From NCBI GenBank assembly GCA_016742095.1, contig JACVCJ010000005.1:3335-67334 (forward strand): a DNA stretch of 64,000 nt. Reading direction: 5' to 3'. Numbering within the stretch: position 1 is the first letter of the stretch; each line of letters opens with the position of its first letter. The translations under genes were made by a program, and so were the position numbers. Shown one piece after another: positions 1-8,927 of this stretch. The notes under the pieces are model-generated. The model saw only the letters and a program-made list of their open reading frames with translations, was not told the DNA's origin and searched no databases. The stretch comes from Bacteroidia bacterium. Its GTDB lineage: Bacteria; Bacteroidota; Bacteroidia; CAIKAF01.

Positions 1-263
1 CGCACAAGTTCCTTCCCATGGGTACCATCGCCAAAGTTACCAATCTGCGTAACAACAAGAGCCTGGTAGTTAAGATCAACGATCGTCTGCCGGTTACTTC
101 TTCCCCTTTTATTGATCTCAGCAAGGCATCGGCCCGGGAACTGGGTTTCCTGAAAATGGGCCGTACCGACATCAAGCTGGAGGTACTGGAAACCCCGCAA
201 TCGCGCAAGGCACGGCTGGCCATGTTTTTACCGGGCGACCGTAAAAAGCAGAAAAAGGGATAA
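1..263 (+). CDS. RlpA-like (septal ring lytic transglycosylase family) C-terminal fragment; the 5' end lies outside the window.
   Basis: The frame is open from the window edge. The '...VKINDRLPVTSSPFIDLSKASARELGF' segment resembles the RlpA double-psi beta-barrel C-terminal region, followed by a basic tail. Confidence 0.5.
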   Translation, partial: HKFLPMGTIAKVTNLRNNKSLVVKINDRLPVTSSPFIDLSKASARELGFLKMGRTDIKLEVLETPQSRKARLAMFLPGDRKKQKKG

Positions 264-281
264 CAAAGCCATTTGTTTTGA

Positions 282-1016
282 TCAGCGGCTTTTTGAAATG
301 CCGTAGCCCATACCGAACTGCACACTGCTGTTGTTCAGGAAGGGCAGGAATGTGCTTTCCTGCGGACTTCCGGGCATAAGCGTAATGCGGGTGTAGTGTG
401 TGGCTTTGGTGATCTGTGGTTCAAAAGCAAAAAAGAAGGCCAGGCGGCGCTCCGGCGAAGTGTGGTAGTTGTAGTTGATCCGCAGGCTGGCGAAGAGTTG
501 AAAAAAGCTCATTTCATCGCGTACGTAGTTCAGTACCTGTATATCTTCACCAGAGGCATTCATGATAAAGGTATTTACCGCATTCTGACTGCCGGCCAGG
601 AAAACAGGCAGCAGCGAAAAAGCGGCGCTGAACGAATGCCGGCTGTTTATTTCGGCCCGGGCCTCCAGTCCGGTAGGTAATTTTATGCAAAAACCGCTGC
701 CCCAGTTGTTAAAACCCTGCCTGTAGGTATGGTCGCCATCCTTGTAGCGCAGCTGATGCCGGTGATTGATACTGCTGTACACGATCCCCGTGTGAAAATA
801 GAGTACTTCCTTCAACTGCCGGTGGTAACGGAAACCGAGAAATGCACTTTCGGCCGGCCGGCTTTTTATCTGTACACTTCCATCCGGTGTGGAAAAACGG
901 TAACGGGTATTGGGTGTAATACTGAACCCGAATTCCGGCTGGAATATATCTTTCTGTGCATACACGGAAGCACAGTAAAGAAGCATGATTGATGTATATA
1001 CGAATACTTTTTTCAA
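282..1016 (-). CDS. Hypothetical outer-membrane beta-barrel protein (porin-like).
   Basis: The N-terminal signal peptide is MKKVFVYTSIMLLYCASVYAQ. The sequence is rich in alternating aromatic/hydrophobic residues and ends in F, as outer-membrane beta-barrels typically do. Confidence 0.45.
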   Translation of the reverse strand: MKKVFVYTSIMLLYCASVYAQKDIFQPEFGFSITPNTRYRFSTPDGSVQIKSRPAESAFLGFRYHRQLKEVLYFHTGIVYSSINHRHQLRYKDGDHTYRQGFNNWGSGFCIKLPTGLEARAEINSRHSFSAAFSLLPVFLAGSQNAVNTFIMNASGEDIQVLNYVRDEMSFFQLFASLRINYNYHTSPERRLAFFFAFEPQITKATHYTRITLMPGSPQESTFLPFLNNSSVQFGMGYGISKSR

Positions 1017-1031
1017 CGGAAGGAGAGAAGC

Positions 1032-1628
1032 TTAAGGGTTTCTCTGTTCCATATAACGTATTAAGTATTTACCCAGTATGTCAAATTCGAGATTTACCTT
1101 CTGTCCCTGTTTCAGGTAACGGAAAACGGTATTTTCGTAGGTATATGGAATGATCTCTATACTAAAAAGTCCGGTCTCGCTTTTTACCACCGTAAGGCTG
1201 GTACCGTTCACGGTGATACTGCCTTTGGGAACGGTAATGTATTCAGGTTCCGTGGCCTCGTAACGGATCACAAATTCCCAGCTGCCGTTGCGGTCGGTAA
1301 TGCTTTCGCAGGTACCGGTAGTGTCCACATGGCCCTGTACAAAATGTCCGTCCAGGCGTCCGTCGGCGCGCATACAGCGTTCCAGGTTCACAAAATCGCC
1401 TTCTTTCCATTCGCCCAGGTTGGTACGCTGCAGGGTTTCCTGTATGGCGGTCACGCTGTACCAGTCTTCTCCCAGGGCGTCCACGGTAAGGCATACGCCG
1501 TTGTGCGATACGCTCTGATCGATCTTCAGTTCGGGCTGTATGGAAGCCTTCAGTACAAAAGTACGGTTGGTACCTTCGTTCCGTATGGAGATGATCTGCG
1601 CCAGTGTTTCTACAATTCCGGTGAACAT
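1032..1628 (-). CDS. ribE: Riboflavin synthase alpha subunit.
   Basis: The MFTGIVE start and a 198-aa length with two lumazine-binding repeats (GHVDTTG...SVNGTSLTV) are characteristic of riboflavin synthase. Confidence 0.85.
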   Translation of the reverse strand: MFTGIVETLAQIISIRNEGTNRTFVLKASIQPELKIDQSVSHNGVCLTVDALGEDWYSVTAIQETLQRTNLGEWKEGDFVNLERCMRADGRLDGHFVQGHVDTTGTCESITDRNGSWEFVIRYEATEPEYITVPKGSITVNGTSLTVVKSETGLFSIEIIPYTYENTVFRYLKQGQKVNLEFDILGKYLIRYMEQRNP

Positions 1629-1633
1629 GGCGT

Positions 1634-3022
1634 TTAAAATTTGGCGTTGCCCGGTGTGCGCGGACTCAGGATCACGTCGCGGATGTTACCCATACCGGTC
1701 ACGAACAGCATCATACGTTCAAAACCGAGTCCGAATCCGCTGTGCGGGGCCGTTCCGAACTTGCGCAGCTCCAGGTACCACCACAGGTCCTCTTCGTGTA
1801 TGCCCTGGTCTTTTACGCGTTCCAGCAGTTTATCGTAACGTTCCTCACGCTGGCTGCCGCCTACCACTTCGCCGATACCCGGGAACAGGATGTCCATGGC
1901 ACGTACGGTCTTTCCGTCTTCGTTTAAGCGCATGTAAAAGGCTTTGATGGACTTGGGGTAGTCCGTAACGATCACAGGCGATTTAAAGTGCTTTTCCACG
2001 AGAAAACGCTCATGTTCGCTCTGGAGGTCCAGTCCCCAGGAAACCGGGAACTCGAATTTATGCCCGCTTTGTTCCAGGATGCTGATGGCTTCGGTATAGG
2101 TGATGCGTTTAAAAGCGTTGTTGATCACGAATTCCATGCGCGACAGCAGTTCGTTGTCGTACATTTTGTTCAGGAAGGCCAGGTCATCGGCGCAGTTCTC
2201 GTAGATGTACCGTACGCAGTAGCGCAGGAAATCCTCGGCCAGGTCCATGTTCTCTTCCAGTTCGTTAAAGGCCACTTCGGGTTCTATCATCCAGAATTCG
2301 GCCAGGTGGCGTGCGGTATTGCTGTTCTCGGCACGGAAAGTAGGCCCGAAGGTATACACACGGCTCAGGGCCATGGCACCGGTCTCGGCCTGCAGTTGCC
2401 CGGAAACGGTCAGGTTCGATTCGGAACCGAAAAAGTCCTGGGTAAAATCCACAGCGCCTTCTTCATTCAGCGGCGGGTTCTGTGCAGGCAGCGTGCTTAC
2501 ACGGAACATTTCGCCGGCGCCTTCGGCATCACTGGCGGTGATGATGGGCGTGTGCAGGTAAAAGAAACCGTTGTCGTTGAAATATTTGTGAATGGCAAAA
2601 GCCAGGTTGTGACGTATGCGGAACACCGCGCCGAAGGTATTGGTACGCGGACGCAGGTGAGCGATCTCGCGCAGGAACTCCAGGGTATGTCCTTTTTTCT
2701 GCAGCGGGAAGGTTTCGGGATCGGCCTCACCATAAATTTCGATCTGTGTGGCCTGCATCTCTACATTCTGTCCGGCGCCGGGACTTTCTACCAGGGTACC
2801 GGTCACGGCCAGGCAGGCCCCGGTACTGATGCGTTTCAGCAGGTCTTCGCCGATCTTTTCGATATCGGCAACCACCTGTATGCTGTCAAAACAGGATCCG
2901 TCATTCAGTGCAATAAAATTTACATTCTTACTTCCTCTTTTTGTCTTTACCCAGCCTTTAAGCGTTAAAACGGTGCCGGGAGCGCCGTCTTTCAAAACCT
3001 GTTTGATCTGCACAGATGCCAT
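1634..3022 (-). CDS. asnS: Asparagine--tRNA ligase.
   Basis: The 462-aa protein has an N-terminal OB fold followed by class II aaRS motifs ([38 protein letters not shown]). Its length and motifs fit AsnRS rather than AspRS. Confidence 0.85.
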   Translation of the reverse strand: MASVQIKQVLKDGAPGTVLTLKGWVKTKRGSKNVNFIALNDGSCFDSIQVVADIEKIGEDLLKRISTGACLAVTGTLVESPGAGQNVEMQATQIEIYGEADPETFPLQKKGHTLEFLREIAHLRPRTNTFGAVFRIRHNLAFAIHKYFNDNGFFYLHTPIITASDAEGAGEMFRVSTLPAQNPPLNEEGAVDFTQDFFGSESNLTVSGQLQAETGAMALSRVYTFGPTFRAENSNTARHLAEFWMIEPEVAFNELEENMDLAEDFLRYCVRYIYENCADDLAFLNKMYDNELLSRMEFVINNAFKRITYTEAISILEQSGHKFEFPVSWGLDLQSEHERFLVEKHFKSPVIVTDYPKSIKAFYMRLNEDGKTVRAMDILFPGIGEVVGGSQREERYDKLLERVKDQGIHEEDLWWYLELRKFGTAPHSGFGLGFERMMLFVTGMGNIRDVILSPRTPGNAKF

Positions 3023-3036
3023 AATTGTGATATCGA

Positions 3037-3900
3037 TTACTTAATTTTTTTGCAAGTATACGTTACTTTTCCTGAGATTTTAGGGGCGGCGTTTATTCCG
3101 CCGTCATCTTTTACCTGTATAGCCATGCTGGTGCTGGATGAATTCACCAGTCCCGTTTCGCGGGAGATCTGCATGGTTCCGGAATGGTCGCCGCTGAAAG
3201 TGGCCTGTCCGGCCTTGTTCTCTTTACTTTTAATGGTGCCTTTAAAGTCTACAATAACCTCATTAGCATTAATTTCCTTAACGGTATAGGTGTTCTGCCA
3301 TTCCATATGGTTCTCCGTTCCGGAAGTGTAGTTCCGTTCGTAGCTGTCACCCGTACGTATAGGCTTTTGGGGCAGTACGGCGAACAGGGTGGTAAAATCG
3401 TCTTCCAGGGCATCTTTCGATTCGGCCACGGTGTCGATACCGATGGATCTTATCACGTCCGTTTTGGTGTTCATGAGCACATCGCCCAGGTTATTTACAC
3501 GCACGGCATAGGGTTTTTTCAGGAACTTGCTGAAAATGTAGGAGAAAGAGACATAGGAGCCTTTGTTCTCCGAGGCTTTTTCGCTGTTGTAAATAAAGCC
3601 CTGTACCAGGCCCTTGTTGCTTTTGGGCAGTACTTCCATACGCACGCTTTTCAGGTAACCGGTAAACAGGTACTGGCTGTCGGGCAGCACAGAATCTACG
3701 TGGAACACGTGGTTCAGGTTTATAAGCTGTGTATAGGTTATTTCCTGGTTATAGATGGTCATGGAAGCGGTCTGTTCGGCGGCGGTGGATACTTCGTATT
3801 CCTGGCCGGGCTGCAGGTCCATGCGCAGGGAAACGGGCTTTTCACCGCATGCGCTCAGCAGCAGGGTCGCCGTCAGTACGTAAAACAGGTTCCTTTTCAT
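3037..3900 (-). CDS. Hypothetical lipoprotein.
   Basis: A lipobox-type signal (LLLSACGEK) is present. I recognise no catalytic motifs. Confidence 0.5.
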   Translation of the reverse strand: MKRNLFYVLTATLLLSACGEKPVSLRMDLQPGQEYEVSTAAEQTASMTIYNQEITYTQLINLNHVFHVDSVLPDSQYLFTGYLKSVRMEVLPKSNKGLVQGFIYNSEKASENKGSYVSFSYIFSKFLKKPYAVRVNNLGDVLMNTKTDVIRSIGIDTVAESKDALEDDFTTLFAVLPQKPIRTGDSYERNYTSGTENHMEWQNTYTVKEINANEVIVDFKGTIKSKENKAGQATFSGDHSGTMQISRETGLVNSSSTSMAIQVKDDGGINAAPKISGKVTYTCKKIK

Positions 3901-3962
3901 GTGTGTGTCTGTTTAGGGATATTCAGCTGCAAAGGTATTAGTTTATAAGCAAATTATTTAAT

Positions 3963-3994
3963 TTGAACTTTTGGCGCCTTTATACGTACATTTG
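3963..3994 (+). promoter_or_regulatory. Candidate Bacteroidota sigma-A promoter: a TTG '-33' element at 3963–3965 and a TAcaTTTG '-7' element at 3987–3994, upstream of the 4030 CDS.
   Basis: TAnnTTTG is the established Bacteroidota -7 consensus. The spacing of about 21 bp to the TTG is within the typical range. This is a motif match only. Confidence 0.3.
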
Positions 3995-4029
3995 TAAGTA
4001 TTCGTTAATTTTTACGTTATACTTCATAT

Positions 4030-7000
4030 ATGCAGGCTTATAACGAACTTATCGGCAAATTAAATGCGTTCATCCGCAAATATTATAAAAACCAGTTATT
4101 ACGTGGTTCTATCTACACCGTGGGCCTGGGCCTTACGCTCTGGCTTTCGGTAAGTGTACTGGAGTATTTCGGGAGTTTTGGTACGGTAGTGCGTACCATT
4201 CTGTTCTTCTCTTTTGCCGTGGCTTTCCTGGCCATACTGGTCAACTATATCTTTATTCCGCTTTCGGGTCTGTTCCGCCTGGGCCGCACGCTCAGTCACG
4301 AACAGGCCGCAGCCATTATCGGTACACACTTTGCACCGGTAAAAGATAAACTGCTCAATACCCTGCAGCTGAAAAAAAGTCTCGATCTGCAGGCGGATAA
4401 CAGTCTGCTCATGGCCACCATCGAGCAGCGCACGGCCGAACTGCGTCCCGTGCCGTTTACCCGTGCGGTGGATTATTCGCTCAACCGCCGTTACCTGCGC
4501 TGGGCGGTCATTCCCGTGATCGTTACCTTCCTGCTGCTTTTCCTGGCGCCTTCGGTACTTACCAAAAGTACGGAGCGCCTGGTGCTTTTCGGCCGGGAGT
4601 TTAAACCCGAAGCGCCCTTTGCTTTTCGTATACTCAACACAGACCTGGAAGCAGAAGAGAATGCCGACCTGGAAGTGGAACTGAAGACAGAAGGTTCTAT
4701 TGTACCTTCGGACGTTTATGTAGAGTCGGAAGGCGCGCAGTTCCGCATGCGCACGGGAGAGAACGGAAAGTTCGTATATACATTCAAAAACGTACGTAAA
4801 AATTTTAACTTCCGCTTTTTTGCCGATGGATTTTACAGCGATCCTTACGAAGTGCGTGTAAACCCGCGCGCCGCTGTAACCGGTTTTAAAATTAAGGCCG
4901 AATACCCGGCCTACCTCAACCGCAACCCGGAAGAATTCAGCGGTACAGGCGATCTGCTGGTGCCCGAAGGAACGGTACTTTCCTGGTTCATGTATACGAA
5001 AAATACACAGAAGGTCTGGGTAAGAACTTCGGCCGACAGTGTAATGGTGCTTTCCGGCGGACCCTCCTTTAATTTCCGCCGCCGTGTGAACAACACCCTG
5101 CCGTATGCCATTCTGCCCCTGCACAGCGGCATCAGCAACCGCGATACACTTAAATATACCATTTCGGTGCTGAAGGATCAGTTCCCGGTCATCGACGTGC
5201 AGGAACGTGTCGACAGCGTCGTGAGCACCATGTTCTATTTCCTGGGTAATGTGCAGGACGATTATGGTTTCCGCGGACTTACCTTCCACTACGGTATCAC
5301 TTCGGGAGAAGGAGAGCCGGTCCGTTATGAAAGTAAAGCCATTGGTCTGCAGAGCGGTTCGCTGAAACAGGCTTTCCTGTATGCGTTCAACTTCCGTGAA
5401 CTGGACCCGAAACCCGGCGATAAAGTGCATTACTATTTCAGCATTTCGGATAACGACGGCGTAAACGGCAGCAAGACCACCAAGAGCGCCAAACGCATCT
5501 ATAAAATTCCTACCAAAGAAGAACTGCGTAAACAGAATTCCGAAGCTTCTCAATCGGTTAAGAACAGTCTGACCGAGAGTGTGAAGGAAGCCCGCGAATT
5601 ACAGCGCGATGCCGAAAAACTGAACAAGCAGCTGCTGGAAAAACGCAATATGGACTGGCAGGATAAAAAACGTATTGAAGACCTGCTGAAGAAACAGAAG
5701 GAACTGGAGAAAAAGATCGAAGACCTGAAGAAGGAGAACGAGATCAATAACTTTAAAAAAGATCAGTTTACAGAAAAATCGGAAGAGGAACGCCTGAAGG
5801 AAGAACAGCTGCAAAAGCTGATGGACGAACTGATGAGCGAGGAGTTCAAAGAGCTGATGAAAAAGCTGGAAGAACTGAATAAGACCGAAGATCCTAAAAA
5901 AGCACAGGAGAAACTGCAGGATATGAAATTCAATTCCGAAGACCTGCAAAAACAGCTGGAACGTACCCTGGAACTGTACAAACAAATGGAACTGGAACAG
6001 CTGATGAAAGAAACGGTCGAGCAGCTGAACGAACTGGCCGAGAAACAAAAAGAACTGGCTAAAGAGACCGAAAAAACCAAAGGGAACGATCCGGCGAAAA
6101 AGGAAGAACTGCAGAAGAAGCAGGAGGAGATCAATAAGGAATTCGAAGATGTACGTAAGCAGCTGGACGAGATCGAAAAGAAAAATTCGGAACTCGAAAA
6201 GCCGAACGAGGAAATAAAAAATACCGATCAGCAGGAACAGAATATCCAGCAGGAACAGCAGAACAGTCAGCAGAATATGGAAAAGGGGCAGAATAAAAAA
6301 GCCTCCGAATCACAGCAGAATGCCGGCGACCAGATGCAGCAGCTGAGCAACAGCCTGCAGCAGCAGCAACAGGAAATGGAAGACAATAACCAGGAAGAAG
6401 ACCTGGAAAGCATGCGCCGTCTGCTGGACAATCTGCTGAAGCTTTCTTTCCAGCAGGAGAACCTGATCGCCGACCTGGGCAAGGTAAATATGGACAGTCC
6501 GGCCTACAAGGAAATTACCCGCAAGCAACGCAAACTGCAGGACGATGCCCGCGTGATCGAGGACAGTCTTTTTGCGCTGAGCAAACGCCAGGTGAACCTG
6601 AGCGGCATGATCAACAAAGAAATTGCCACGGTAAAACGGGGCATGAGCGATGCCGTTTCTTTCCTCGCCGAGCGTCGTGTTCCCAATGCGTCCACGCAGC
6701 AGCAGTACGCCATGGCATCTATCAATAACCTGGCCCTGATGCTTTCGGAAAGTATCGAAAATTCGCAACAACAAATGATGATGAAAAAGGGAGGAAGCAG
6801 TATGGGCAATAAAGCCTGTAAAAAACCCGGTCAGGGTAATCCGTCTTCGTCAGAACAAATGAAACAAATGCAGCAGATGCAACAGAAACTGGGTGAACAG
6901 ATGCAGAAAATGGCCCAGCAGATGAGCAAACAACAAAAGGAAGGTCAGCAGCAGAAACCGGGCGGACAATCGGGCCAGGGTCAGGACGGCCAGCCCAAAC

Positions 7001-7449
7001 CGGGTGAGCGCAACAGCATGAACGGGCAAAACAGTAAAGAATTTGCCCAGATGGCCCAGCAGCAGGAACAATTGCGCAAGATGTTGCAGGAGCTGGCAGA
7101 GAAAACGGCCGATCCGGACCAGAAACGCATGATGCAGGAACTGGCCAAAAGAATGGAGGAGAACGAAACGGATTTTTACAATAAGAAGATCTCTTCGGAG
7201 ACAATGCGTCGCCAGAACGATATTTATTCGCGCATGCTCGAAAGTGAAAAAGCATTGCGTGAACAGGACGAGGACGAACAGCGGGAAAGTAATTCGGCCG
7301 ACGATCTGATCCCGGACAACATCGAAAAGTACCTCGAGTGGAAAAAACTGCAGGAGGGAATGAAGGATGTTTTGCGCACGGTACCTGCCGATTTTGTACC
7401 GTATTATCGTCAGAAAGTGCAGTCTTACTTTAACAAATCTTCAATTTAA
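4030..7449 (+). CDS. Large membrane-anchored protein with a central KE-rich coiled coil and Q-rich low-complexity regions (DUF4175-like).
   Basis: The 1139-aa ORF has two N-terminal transmembrane helices (residues ~25–75). A globular region follows to about residue 490. Residues ~500–720 are roughly 50% K/E and heptad-like. Poly-Q/QM stretches follow (QQQQQEMEDNNQEE, QQMQQMQQKLGEQMQKMAQQMSKQQKEGQQQKPGGQSGQGQDGQ). The many antisense ORFs across 5550–7255 are artefacts of this low complexity. Confidence 0.6.
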   Translation: MQAYNELIGKLNAFIRKYYKNQLLRGSIYTVGLGLTLWLSVSVLEYFGSFGTVVRTILFFSFAVAFLAILVNYIFIPLSGLFRLGRTLSHEQAAAIIGTHFAPVKDKLLNTLQLKKSLDLQADNSLLMATIEQRTAELRPVPFTRAVDYSLNRRYLRWAVIPVIVTFLLLFLAPSVLTKSTERLVLFGREFKPEAPFAFRILNTDLEAEENADLEVELKTEGSIVPSDVYVESEGAQFRMRTGENGKFVYTFKNVRKNFNFRFFADGFYSDPYEVRVNPRAAVTGFKIKAEYPAYLNRNPEEFSGTGDLLVPEGTVLSWFMYTKNTQKVWVRTSADSVMVLSGGPSFNFRRRVNNTLPYAILPLHSGISNRDTLKYTISVLKDQFPVIDVQERVDSVVSTMFYFLGNVQDDYGFRGLTFHYGITSGEGEPVRYESKAIGLQSGSLKQAFLYAFNFRELDPKPGDKVHYYFSISDNDGVNGSKTTKSAKRIYKIPTKEELRKQNSEASQSVKNSLTESVKEARELQRDAEKLNKQLLEKRNMDWQDKKRIEDLLKKQKELEKKIEDLKKENEINNFKKDQFTEKSEEERLKEEQLQKLMDELMSEEFKELMKKLEELNKTEDPKKAQEKLQDMKFNSEDLQKQLERTLELYKQMELEQLMKETVEQLNELAEKQKELAKETEKTKGNDPAKKEELQKKQEEINKEFEDVRKQLDEIEKKNSELEKPNEEIKNTDQQEQNIQQEQQNSQQNMEKGQNKKASESQQNAGDQMQQLSNSLQQQQQEMEDNNQEEDLESMRRLLDNLLKLSFQQENLIADLGKVNMDSPAYKEITRKQRKLQDDARVIEDSLFALSKRQVNLSGMINKEIATVKRGMSDAVSFLAERRVPNASTQQQYAMASINNLALMLSESIENSQQQMMMKKGGSSMGNKACKKPGQGNPSSSEQMKQMQQMQQKLGEQMQKMAQQMSKQQKEGQQQKPGGQSGQGQDGQPKPGERNSMNGQNSKEFAQMAQQQEQLRKMLQELAEKTADPDQKRMMQELAKRMEENETDFYNKKISSETMRRQNDIYSRMLESEKALREQDEDEQRESNSADDLIPDNIEKYLEWKKLQEGMKDVLRTVPADFVPYYRQKVQSYFNKSSI

Positions 7450-7500
7450 TGCAACCTGAGCGTGTTTTTTACGTATTATACTGGGTTGCAAATCTGTTAA

Positions 7501-7941
7501 ATGGATAATAACGTTTTTATGCCCTCGTCTCTGGTGAATAGAATAGTATTTCCCGCCGAAATTCAAAATGTCGGAAAAGTGGAGTCTTTCATTCAGGAAT
7601 CACTCCCCGACATCCGCACCCGCGAAGAAGAATTCGGCCGTATACTTATTGCGCTTACCGAAGCGGTGAATAATGCCATCCAACACGGGTCCAAATGCGA
7701 TCCGGGCAAAGAAGTTGAAATTGAATACGCCATCGACGGCGACGTACATACTTTCTCAGTAAAAGATTCCGGGACCGGTTTCGACCCGGACGAACTGCCG
7801 GACCCAACCGATCCTTTTTTCATCGATCAGCCGAACGGCCGTGGGGTTTTCCTGATGCGCCGCCTGGCAGACGATATCGCTTTCAAGGATGGCGGAAGAT
7901 GCGTAGATTTGCACTTCCGATCAGTACATCCTGCACGATGA
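7501..7941 (+). CDS. Anti-sigma regulatory factor-like serine kinase (RsbW/SpoIIAB-type HATPase_c ATP-binding protein).
   Basis: Conserved N box (EAVNNAIQHG) and G boxes (DSGTGFD, GRGVFLMRRLAD) are present. The gene overlaps ybeY by 4 nt (ATGA). Confidence 0.7.
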   Translation: MDNNVFMPSSLVNRIVFPAEIQNVGKVESFIQESLPDIRTREEEFGRILIALTEAVNNAIQHGSKCDPGKEVEIEYAIDGDVHTFSVKDSGTGFDPDELPDPTDPFFIDQPNGRGVFLMRRLADDIAFKDGGRCVDLHFRSVHPAR

Positions 7942-8369
7942 AAAAAAATCCACTCACATTTCACAGCGCTGATATTTCCATTCCGCTGAAGGAAAGAACA
8001 CGAATTAAAAACTGGCTGCAGAACCTGGCAAAAACGCATGGGTATGCACTGGAGGAATTGCGCTATATTTTCTGTTCGGATGATTTCCTGCTGGAGATAA
8101 ACCGGAGTTCCCTCGACCATGATTATTATACGGACATTATCACGTTCGATCTCCGGGAGAATACAAAGAGCAAAAAGATCGTGGGGGAGATCTACATCAG
8201 TGTGGACCGGGTGCGTGAAAATGCATCCGATTTTGGTGTTTCTTTTTCTACGGAAATGAAGAGGGTACTGGCACATGGAATTCTGCACCTGGTCGGTTTC
8301 AAGGATAAGACGCCGGAGCAGGAGGCTGAAATGCGCCGTCAGGAAGATAAAGCATTAAACACATTTTAG
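7938..8369 (+). CDS. ybeY: Endoribonuclease YbeY (rRNA maturation factor).
   Basis: The C-terminal zinc motif HGILHLVGFKD (H-x-x-x-H-x-x-x-x-x-H-like) and a ~143-aa length fit YbeY. I take the start at MKKNPLTF; the upstream extension in the ORF track overlaps the preceding gene. Confidence 0.8.
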   Translation: MKKNPLTFHSADISIPLKERTRIKNWLQNLAKTHGYALEELRYIFCSDDFLLEINRSSLDHDYYTDIITFDLRENTKSKKIVGEIYISVDRVRENASDFGVSFSTEMKRVLAHGILHLVGFKDKTPEQEAEMRRQEDKALNTF

Positions 8370-8371
8370 AT

Positions 8372-8866
8372 ATGGAATGGATTACCATTGTACTTATTGT
8401 ATGCGGATTTATCTGCGTTTTGCTGGGTATGGCCGGGTCGGTACTTCCTGTGTTGCCGGGACCGCCGATCAGTATGGCCGGACTGGTCATGTTACACTAT
8501 TCGGGTCCGACGTTCTCGCTGGGCTGGTTTGGCTGGACGCTTGCCATTCTGCTTACGGTGATCGGCATTGTGGTCGATTATGTGATCCCATCGGCAACGG
8601 TTAAAATGTTCGGTGGAACAAAAGCCGGAGCAACCGGAGCGGGTATTGGTCAGATCATCGGTTTATACTGGGGGCTCTGGGGAAGCATTATCGGTTCTTT
8701 TGCCGGCACCTTTGCCGGGGAGTCTGTAAAAAAGCAGGGCTGGAAGCAATCGCTTAAATCTTCGGTGGGTAGTACCATCGGTTTTGTGGTAAGCGCACTG
8801 ATAAAGCTTTTCATTACCTTTGTACACTTAATAATCTTTATCGTGGTTTTCTTCATCGGTTTGTAA
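8372..8866 (+). CDS. DUF456-family membrane protein.
   Basis: The 164-aa protein has four glycine-rich hydrophobic helices. Confidence 0.55.
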   Translation: MEWITIVLIVCGFICVLLGMAGSVLPVLPGPPISMAGLVMLHYSGPTFSLGWFGWTLAILLTVIGIVVDYVIPSATVKMFGGTKAGATGAGIGQIIGLYWGLWGSIIGSFAGTFAGESVKKQGWKQSLKSSVGSTIGFVVSALIKLFITFVHLIIFIVVFFIGL

Positions 8867-8920
8867 TGTTCCACGTGAAACATTTTGTGAACACTTGAAG
8901 GAATTGTTCCACGTGAAACA
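8867..8920. repeat. Two direct copies of a 16-bp near-palindrome, TGTTCCACGTGAAACA (8867–8882 and 8905–8920), in the 61-bp gap before mnmG.
   Basis: I read both copies directly. The core CACGTG is a perfect palindrome with flanking half-sites TGTTC/GAAACA. A related copy (TTGTTCCACGTGTAAC on the minus strand) sits at ~12239–12256 inside the ABC ATPase ORF. Confidence 0.7.
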
Positions 8921-8927
8921 ATGATAT

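Noticed and set aside
4099-5553. A 484-aa minus-strand ORF antisense to the 5' half of the large membrane protein.
   Set aside because: The sense frame encodes a coherent protein with transmembrane helices. The antisense ORF has a Gly/Arg/His-rich composition typical of GC-rich antisense frames.
5550-7255. A stack of minus-strand ORFs (65–177 aa; S/F/C-rich or L/F/Q-rich) antisense to the 1139-aa gene.
   Set aside because: They are mirror-image artefacts of the KE/Q low-complexity coding region (GAA/AAG/CAG repeats read as TTC/CTT/CTG). They have implausible compositions and no starts with context.
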